Positions 51,021 to 58,219 of a DNA stretch of 64,000 nucleotides are shown here, piece after piece. The translations under genes and the position numbers were made by a program. This stretch comes from a virus, in IMG/VR virus record IMGVR_UViG_3300042923_000619, positions 32,001 through 96,000 of that record. One strand, given 5' to 3'. The notes under the pieces are model-generated. The model was not told the origin of the DNA. It ran no database searches and was given only the letters and a program-made list of their open reading frames with translations. How positions within the stretch are numbered: the first letter of the stretch is position 1; every line of letters begins with the position of its first letter.

Positions 51021-51635
51021 TTATATTATTTCATCAGCCATTCCATATTTAATACAATCATCAGGAGATAAATACCAATCTACTCCTTTTGTTTTATCTA
51101 ATAATAAATCTAATGGTATTTTTGTTTTACTTGTAATTAAATTATTTAATAAATTTTGAAGTCTTTTATCTTCTTCATATCCAACTTCTAACTGGTCATA
51201 ATTACCAGTATTCCAATTAGATAATTTATGTATTAATAAAGTTCCATATCTGTATACTCTTCTATGTGTGCCAAACATAAATATAAGTTGTCCACAACTC
51301 ATCGCCTTTCCAGTTAAAGTTGTAATTATCTTATATCCATCTTCTATAAATTTTTCCATTTTACTAATCAAAGCCATACATTCATATAACTGCCCACCAT
51401 ATGAATTACAAACAATTTCAATAGGTTGTCTATTTTTCATTTCAATTCCTTGAGATTCATCAGTTTTTCTGATTTTATCCATATAATACATAATTTTAAA
51501 CATGGATACTTCATCAACACCCTCATTTAAGTGTAGCTTTCTATTTTTTAAAGCATCTTGTACAATCATTTCATTATAGATATTATCAATTGGTTGGTAT
51601 ATTTCTCCCATATCAATCACCACTTTAACCTTCAC
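51021..51635 (-). CDS. clpP: ClpP-like serine protease
   Basis: IVCNSYGG, GKAMSCGQLIFMFG (catalytic Ser), LLIHK (His), DWYLSPDDCIKYGMADEII. Confidence 0.8.
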   Translation of the reverse strand: MKVKVVIDMGEIYQPIDNIYNEMIVQDALKNRKLHLNEGVDEVSMFKIMYYMDKIRKTDESQGIEMKNRQPIEIVCNSYGGQLYECMALISKMEKFIEDGYKIITTLTGKAMSCGQLIFMFGTHRRVYRYGTLLIHKLSNWNTGNYDQLEVGYEEDKRLQNLLNNLITSKTKIPLDLLLDKTKGVDWYLSPDDCIKYGMADEII

Positions 51636-51658
51636 TTTTTATTTTAATTTATTGATTT

Positions 51659-52930
51659 TTAATTTAACCAAAAATCTTCTTGTCCTGTCTTTCCTTTTCC
51701 TTCATTAAATACAAACATACTTGCCCCAGCTCTGCCTGATTTATGTAATGTCATTGAAAAATCATCAATACCACATATAGAAGAAACTCTTATACATTGT
51801 GCATCTCCTTGTTCACCAATACCTTCTGTTACTAATGATTGACTATGTAAATGCCCTCCATATATTAAATCAATAGGTTTTTTATAAATACTTCTAAACC
51901 ATCTAATTGATTCAACTAAATTTTTATCTTCACCATGATATCCAAATATATTTACTCCTAAAATGTTAGTATATATAAATGGTAAATTATCATTATGTAT
52001 ATTTATGTTTTTATTATCTTTAACTCTTAATTCTATAAAACTCATTATTAATTTATTTACATTTTCATGTGGAAAATCTCCCTTTTTACCTGTTAGTAAT
52101 CTTAATTCATCATGATTTCCCCAACATTGGTAGTAATCAATATTAATATATTTACTTAATTCATTTAACCAAGTAGCCATAAATTCACTAAATTCTAACA
52201 CTGAATCTACAACTCCAGTTTGTAAACTTCTTAATTGTGATACTCTCAAGATACCATCAATACAATCTGATAAATTGAATATATTTAAATGAGTTAAACT
52301 CTTTTCTTCAATCTTATCAACTACTTGACTTAGCAAATCCCACATTCTATCTTTAAATATTTCAGTATTATATTCACTAATTGTTTCTCCATCTAGTCCT
52401 CTTATTAAACATTCTCTTCCATAATGCATATCTGAAATAGTCAATAATGCATCCTTTTTTACTTTTTCTATTTTTATTAGTGTTGGAACTATAAATGGTT
52501 TCATTGATAATATTGTTGTTTCAACATTTTCCCACCATAATTCTTCTCTTGCTTGTTCTCTAACTAATTTTTGAAGTTCTATATTTACCGTTTGAACTTT
52601 CTTGCGTTCTTTTAATACCTCAATCTTTTTTAATTCTAGTTCATTCAACACTTTATTAATGTCTGCATTTACATTATTTAAAGCCATATTTTCTATTTTC
52701 TTTTGATAGTGTTTTGCCACTTTATATCCACCAAATTCAGAATCATTAGCTTTTCTTAGACTGTCTTTATTTCCTTCAAATCCTATGTACTCTTTTATGT
52801 CTGACCATTCTAAATCTTCAGGTCTTTCATTTTTTAATATTTCAACAAGTCTTACTTCATAGTCAATTAACTCTTCATCTTGTTTTCTTGTATACCTTTC
52901 ATTTATCATAATAATTTCTCCCTTTATCAT
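51659..52930 (-). CDS. Calcineurin-like metallophosphoesterase (YonJ-like)
   Basis: ISDMHYG, LSDCIDG, GNHD, YHGE, GHLH motifs. Confidence 0.8.
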   Translation of the reverse strand: MIKGEIIMINERYTRKQDEELIDYEVRLVEILKNERPEDLEWSDIKEYIGFEGNKDSLRKANDSEFGGYKVAKHYQKKIENMALNNVNADINKVLNELELKKIEVLKERKKVQTVNIELQKLVREQAREELWWENVETTILSMKPFIVPTLIKIEKVKKDALLTISDMHYGRECLIRGLDGETISEYNTEIFKDRMWDLLSQVVDKIEEKSLTHLNIFNLSDCIDGILRVSQLRSLQTGVVDSVLEFSEFMATWLNELSKYINIDYYQCWGNHDELRLLTGKKGDFPHENVNKLIMSFIELRVKDNKNINIHNDNLPFIYTNILGVNIFGYHGEDKNLVESIRWFRSIYKKPIDLIYGGHLHSQSLVTEGIGEQGDAQCIRVSSICGIDDFSMTLHKSGRAGASMFVFNEGKGKTGQEDFWLN

Positions 52931-52931
52931 T

Positions 52932-53132
52932 TTATTTCTTTTTAACTTCTATACTGTTTCCACATTCTTGACAGTAGATATATAAAACGTCTTTTCTCAC
53001 AGGGTCTTTATCGTAATCTTCATTCTCAAGTGCCATTGTTAAATCATTTTTACAACCACAACTCTCACATGGTTTAAATTCATGTCTCTTTTTCATCTTC
53101 ATTGATTCTCTGCCATCATTTTTCATAACCAT
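52932..53132 (-). CDS. Small Zn-ribbon protein
   Basis: CESCG...CQECG. Confidence 0.55.
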   Translation of the reverse strand: MVMKNDGRESMKMKKRHEFKPCESCGCKNDLTMALENEDYDKDPVRKDVLYIYCQECGNSIEVKKK

Positions 53133-53185
53133 AACTAAATCTACTCTCTTCCCTTTATAATTTCTAAAATATTTTAATTTATCTA

Positions 53186-53214
53186 TTGACTATTTACTTT
53201 TAAAGTTTTACAAT
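53186..53214 (+). promoter_or_regulatory. SigA-type promoter facing against the operon
   Basis: TTGACT-N17-TACAAT on plus strand. Confidence 0.55.
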
Positions 53215-53398
53215 TAAAGTGTAAAAGTATATTTTAAATACACTAAAAAGACTTGCATGATATCACATCGTTCAAATCCTTTATAATATATTTAAAATAA
53301 TATAGGCGTTGAGAACATACCTCAAAACATGCATAACCTATATTATCTAGTTGCTTAAATAAGGTTCGGCTTAAATTAAGCAATATATGTATTGTTGA

Positions 53399-54316
53399 TT
53401 AATTTGCTTTCTTTAAAGTTAAATTTTTGTCTACATCTATACCAACTTGATTAGCATAAGTACGAACTATCTTTTCAACTTCATACATTTCTGTTTCAGA
53501 TAAACTATCTAAAGGTTTTTCTTTTCTTGCTCTTATATTAATTCCTAATTGATAATTTACTTTAGACCATAATTCATTCCAACAATCAGCAAATTTGCCA
53601 TTAAACTCTTTAAATACAATTGTCTTCATTAATCTATTAATTACTTTTCTTGACTCCAAAATATCTAAAGCATGAGTTGTAATAGTTTCTATTTTATCTT
53701 CTAACTCAACAATTCTCTTATTTTTAATGGAATTATATTCAGCTTGACATTGTAAATATCCTTGAAAATTTCCTTCACAAATATAAACACCCATTTGTAG
53801 TTGTAATTCTTTTTCTTTATCCATTTCGTTTATTATATTTTCTTTAACTGTTTGTCCATTGTCTTGAATAGCGTTATTAGATTCATATTCAATATCTAAT
53901 AATCGTGTTCTAATTTCTTTGGCGATTTCAGAATCTCTCAATAACATACCTACTCTTAATATTGAACGTTTTGAAAATAAATTTAATCCAGTATTATTAA
54001 TTGCTATTTCTTTTCCATCAATAACTACAAGCGACCTAGTTCTCTCATTTCTTACGATATGTCCTTTTAAAACATTTCGTAAAATATCATTCTTTTTGAA
54101 TTTTTTAAAACCATCTGACTCTAATTCATCTCTATTATCTTTTATTATGGATTGAATAGCCTCAATTCCAACTTCATAATAATTTGCTACCTGTTCTGTA
54201 GTTGCAAAATCACTATCACCAAGTAATAACAACCCTTTAACCTTTTCCAATACTTCAACCTTATTAATCATTTGTTCTCTTGTTTCTTTGTTTTGTAAAA
54301 TTTCTAACTCTTGCAT
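53399..54316 (-). CDS. Phage regulatory / antirepressor-like DNA-binding protein
   Basis: ATTEQVANYYEV...NRDELESDG, ILRVGMLLRDSEIAKEIR N-terminal domain; coiled-coil and ORF6C-like C-terminus. Confidence 0.5.
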   Translation of the reverse strand: MQELEILQNKETREQMINKVEVLEKVKGLLLLGDSDFATTEQVANYYEVGIEAIQSIIKDNRDELESDGFKKFKKNDILRNVLKGHIVRNERTRSLVVIDGKEIAINNTGLNLFSKRSILRVGMLLRDSEIAKEIRTRLLDIEYESNNAIQDNGQTVKENIINEMDKEKELQLQMGVYICEGNFQGYLQCQAEYNSIKNKRIVELEDKIETITTHALDILESRKVINRLMKTIVFKEFNGKFADCWNELWSKVNYQLGINIRARKEKPLDSLSETEMYEVEKIVRTYANQVGIDVDKNLTLKKAN

Positions 54317-54319
54317 TCT

Positions 54320-54600
54320 TATTACCTCACTTCTTATTATTTTAAATTAATTTATTTAAATGAGGTATTTTGTTGATAAATGTGAAAATATCCTAAAATC
54401 ACATTTAGCTAAATTGCTAATAATCGATATTTAATTTTAAAATGGTGAATTCTTTTGATAATGCAGTAATAATCACTAGACTGCAACCTAGAAATAATTC
54501 TAGTTATCTATATTTGGTTTTTATAGTGTAATAAAACACCAATAAATATACTAATTATCAAATTCGAATCTCACATAAGAGGCTAATCAAAAGTAAGATT
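54320..54600 (-). ncRNA. Candidate structured RNA B / leader (multi-branch junction, RBS-sequestering stem)
   Basis: Closing stem 54454-54462/54554-54562 enclosing three hairpins; TACCTCA/TGAGGTA stem over the RBS of 54316. Confidence 0.45.
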
Positions 54601-54660
54601 TATAGATAATCAATATATTTATTGCTACTTTATCATTAATTAATTTATTTTTAAATTTTA

Positions 54661-54872
54661 GGCGATGGATAACTTCACATTATCAAATCGCCTTTCAACA
54701 TCTACTATAATAGTAGTCATGGAGTTAAACTCCTTCAATATGGGAATCTATACCCATTCTCAAATAGTTGGTTATCGAATACGAAATCCAACGCACTCCT
54801 TTTACACATGGTAAATGAGTATTGATAAAACATTTGTTTTATCAAATTTGGGTCACATCTCAATGAGTATAT
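54661..54872 (-). ncRNA. Candidate structured RNA A (seven adjacent hairpins)
   Basis: Stems at 54661-92, 54702-16, 54721-33, 54741-56, 54767-92, 54795-820, 54822-45; no ORF. Confidence 0.5.
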
Positions 54873-54875
54873 GCC

Positions 54876-55100
54876 TTAATTAATTTGTTCTTCTGTTGGT
54901 TCAGACTCAACTTTATCTGAAATAGATAATTTTATATAAGCTGAATTAAACTTATCTAAATATTTCTTTAAATCTACCTCGCCAATTTCTTCAACTTCCA
55001 TCATGAATACTCCTTCTGGAAGACTATCTATTGATAGAGTCCCCTCTGCACTGAATTTGTGGTCAGTTATAATCTTTTCATTTATTAATTTCTTTGCCAT
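54876..55100 (-). CDS. YonK-like small protein
   Basis: EGTLSID...MEVEEIGEVDLKKYLDKFNSAYIKLSI; syntenic with SPbeta yonK position. Confidence 0.55.
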   Translation of the reverse strand: MAKKLINEKIITDHKFSAEGTLSIDSLPEGVFMMEVEEIGEVDLKKYLDKFNSAYIKLSISDKVESEPTEEQIN

Positions 55101-55137
55101 AATCTTTCTTATCTCCTTTAATTCTATTAATTTATTT

Positions 55138-56640
55138 CTATAAAGTTATTTGCATATCTCTATATGATGAAATAACTTTTGTAGTTCTATTTATTTTACT
55201 TAATTCTTTTTCAGATATTTTTTGCAATTCTTCCTTAGCTTCTTTAGAACCGTGCATTAATACAACTTTTTGACAATTGCATTGTTTTATATAATTTATC
55301 AAATCTTTTTGTGAAGCGTGACTGCTAAAACTATAATATCTTTTTACAATACAACGTTTCATTAATACACTTCCATCTATATTTACTTTATCAAAATTAT
55401 CATCTAATAGTTGTCCACCTATTGTATTCGGAGAACAATAACCACAGAATAATATTCCATTATGAGAATCTTGTAACATTTGTTTTGCGAATAGATTACT
55501 AAATCCTCCACTCACCATTCCACTACTTGATAGAACCAAGTAACCTTTAGGTTTTGATGATAAAAAGGCTTCACAACTCTTACCATCCTTAATGAATTTA
55601 AAAGCTTTCCAGTGCATTACTTCATCCCAATAAGCTAAATCTTCATCATCTAATACCTCATACATTTTATTGTTTAATTTATATCCTAGATTAGTTGCAA
55701 TAACTATTGGTTTAGACATATCCCATCTATCTTTAAATGTGTCATATAACCAACACATCATATTACTAAGCCTAGATAGGGCAAAACAAGGAATCATACA
55801 AGAATTATTGTAGTTAAGAAAACTTAATACATCTTTTTCTAATTGTTTTCTTTCTTCCAAACAAATTCTTTTGTTAAAATTTCTATCTCCTAATCCATAT
55901 GTACTTTCAATAAACAAAATATTTGAATTACTTACTGGAATAGTTGATTCAGTAAAATATGTATAAGAGTAATTATCTGTATTTCCTAAGTCTGAAGTAA
56001 ATGTGATTTTCTTTGTCACATTAGTTCCATATTTTTTAATAAATAATTCTAATTGTGTAGCACCTATTATATGTGAATTATTTGTAAATCTAAAAGATAA
56101 ACAATCATCTAATTGATAAATATTATCTAACTCATAAATATCCATCATATTCAAAGTATTATCTAAATCTTTTTCAACAAATAATTCTTTAACTCTTCCT
56201 TTTATTTTCTTTTTAAATTTATCTCTATTATCTCTTAAATATTGACATGATTTCATGTGTAATTTTATTGTGTCTTGTAGCATAGGTTTTGACAAGATAG
56301 CATTTGTTTTAGTTGTTATTATTCTGCCTTTAAAACCCATTGACGATAGTGAAGGAAGTAAAGCAATATGATCACTGTGAATATGAGCAATGAAACAATA
56401 ATCTGAACTTTTAATAGGAATATTGTTTAACATTTCCTTATTTAAAATATATTCATCCGCCATATCATTATTTTGTATCATTCCTAATTCTACTAATATT
56501 GTTTTTCTACCTTCATCTGTTAAATATGAAATAGTGGTATTACTTCCCACAACTTCTTCTGATTGGTTGCCTGACACTGTAATGACAACATCATTATCTT
56601 TTTTACTCATATCGTATTCCCCTTTACCCTCCACCGACAA
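55138..56640 (-). CDS. Metallo-beta-lactamase / beta-CASP ribonuclease
   Basis: HIHSDH, SHIIG, FTSDLG, IESTYG, SSSGMVSGG, FSSHAS, MHG motifs. Confidence 0.85.
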   Translation of the reverse strand: MSVEGKGEYDMSKKDNDVVITVSGNQSEEVVGSNTTISYLTDEGRKTILVELGMIQNNDMADEYILNKEMLNNIPIKSSDYCFIAHIHSDHIALLPSLSSMGFKGRIITTKTNAILSKPMLQDTIKLHMKSCQYLRDNRDKFKKKIKGRVKELFVEKDLDNTLNMMDIYELDNIYQLDDCLSFRFTNNSHIIGATQLELFIKKYGTNVTKKITFTSDLGNTDNYSYTYFTESTIPVSNSNILFIESTYGLGDRNFNKRICLEERKQLEKDVLSFLNYNNSCMIPCFALSRLSNMMCWLYDTFKDRWDMSKPIVIATNLGYKLNNKMYEVLDDEDLAYWDEVMHWKAFKFIKDGKSCEAFLSSKPKGYLVLSSSGMVSGGFSNLFAKQMLQDSHNGILFCGYCSPNTIGGQLLDDNFDKVNIDGSVLMKRCIVKRYYSFSSHASQKDLINYIKQCNCQKVVLMHGSKEAKEELQKISEKELSKINRTTKVISSYRDMQITL

Positions 56641-56697
56641 ACGGTATGTTATTTTGTATTAATTAACAACTTATAAAACTATAAGCTCTATTATTAA

Positions 56698-56737
56698 TAC
56701 AAAAAGGGGACTAAATAATAATACATTTAGTCCCCTT
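56698..56737 (-). terminator. Rho-independent terminator after HU-like gene
   Basis: AAGGGGACTAAAT/ATTTAGTCCCCTT perfect stem then TTTGTATT. Confidence 0.8.
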
Positions 56738-56747
56738 AAAAGTCTTA

Positions 56748-57053
56748 TTATTCTGATTTCTTTGCTTTAACCTTTTTAACTTTAATTACATCCTCAGCAG
56801 GAATTTTCTTAATTTCTCCAGTCTTAGGTACTTTCTTGTCATGTGCTTCCACATGTCTTAGTTCAAGTTCTAATCCTGCAAATCTAACTTTTTGACCAAC
56901 CTTTAGTCCATCATAAATTAGTTGTAGTCTATCTGCTACTTCTTTTTCAATTTGATCAGCAAGTCTTCCTTGTTCTGCCTTAGATTTAAATTCCATTCCT
57001 TTAGTTAATAATTCTACCTTTTCATCTTTCTTTAATGATACTGCTTTACTCAT
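56748..57053 (-). CDS. HU-like histone-like DNA-binding protein (divergent)
   Basis: VRFAG-LEL...VEAHDKKVPKTGEIKKIPAEDVIK resembles HU arm; syntenic with SPbeta yonN. Confidence 0.7.
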   Translation of the reverse strand: MSKAVSLKKDEKVELLTKGMEFKSKAEQGRLADQIEKEVADRLQLIYDGLKVGQKVRFAGLELELRHVEAHDKKVPKTGEIKKIPAEDVIKVKKVKAKKSE

Positions 57054-57159
57054 ATTGTTTATCTCTCCTCTAATCTTTCTTTTTGTTTTTTATTTATAAC
57101 CCTTAATAGGGATATTTACTATTGTTATTTTTATTAATTTATTCCGAAACACTTTTTCT

Positions 57160-57370
57160 CATTTCTTCTCCTAAATGAACGCTAGTTACCTGTATGCAAC
57201 TTAAAACGTCCACTTTTAGGAGAGAAAAGAAATAAAATAAAGGGTAAAATGTTTATGAAAAAATTAAAAAGTATAGAGTGTATAGAAGATAGATTTATGA
57301 CTTTACTCGTCCCTCTATCTCCCTATTGGGGTAAAATACCAATCCTTGCATACGTTGGTATTACTAACTT
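57160..57370 (-). ncRNA. Candidate structured RNA / leader of HU-like gene
   Basis: Three stems plus 8-nt complementarity GTATGCAA (57353-46) / TTGCATAC (57199-92). Confidence 0.45.
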
Positions 57371-57384
57371 AGAGCGTTATTCTA

Positions 57385-58218
57385 TTAGTCGATTAATTTG
57401 TTTTTTCTTTTGTTTTGTTGATATATTCTATCTATTTCTTTATGTTTTTCTTTGGCACACTTAAAACAATAATCTTGTTTATTATTACTTTGTTTAATTT
57501 CTTTTCCACACACTTTACAAAAGCTATAATCTTCTTTTTTTCTCCAGCTTAAATAATCAACAATCATATTTTCGGCAGTTCTTTCATTTAATTCTACATT
57601 TATAACAATATCATTTTCTTTAATTTGTTTTTGTCCATATAACAACTTTATATTTTTACCACCTAATGCAAAGACATTTTTCTTAAAATTATCTAAATCA
57701 TATATTAAGCTTTCTCTTTGAATAAACTGTGTAACTGATTTTTGTTTATACTTAAATCTAGCAAGTCTAAATATATCCCTACTATCATAATTACACCAAT
57801 AATCCTCCCGTTCTGTTCCTTTATATGTAGATTTAGCTAATACTAGCATACAATATAAAACTTTTTCTATTTCTATTGATTTGACTCCACCTACGTCCCC
57901 TATGTTTTTTATAAATTCTAACTCTTTTTGAGTTATCTTAATTGTTTTACTTGTTCTATAATTGCAATTATCATTTTTTGAATATTTATTAACGTATCTT
58001 TGCAATTTACTATCCCAATCTGCCATTATAAAACCTTTATAATTTTTTATCATTAAATCATCTAATTCATTTCTAATATCTGTTTTGCTTTTTTTACTCT
58101 GTTTTAAATACTTTATATAAGCAACTATTTTTTCATTTGTATTCTCATTTATCTTCTTTTTATTTTTGACTAAATCCTCAGCTATTTGTCTCTCATCAGT
58201 AAAACTCCATAAATTCAT
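57385..58218 (-). CDS. RNAP-adjacent hypothetical protein with C-terminal Zn ribbon
   Basis: CKVCGKEIKQSNNKQDYCFKC; 1 nt from RNAP stop. Confidence 0.6.
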   Translation of the reverse strand: MNLWSFTDERQIAEDLVKNKKKINENTNEKIVAYIKYLKQSKKSKTDIRNELDDLMIKNYKGFIMADWDSKLQRYVNKYSKNDNCNYRTSKTIKITQKELEFIKNIGDVGGVKSIEIEKVLYCMLVLAKSTYKGTEREDYWCNYDSRDIFRLARFKYKQKSVTQFIQRESLIYDLDNFKKNVFALGGKNIKLLYGQKQIKENDIVINVELNERTAENMIVDYLSWRKKEDYSFCKVCGKEIKQSNNKQDYCFKCAKEKHKEIDRIYQQNKRKNKLID

Positions 58219-58219
58219 A

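Noticed and set aside
54560-54580. tRNA T-loop-like GAGATTCGAAT
   Set aside because: Flanks do not form a T-stem or cloverleaf; no tRNA found in the window
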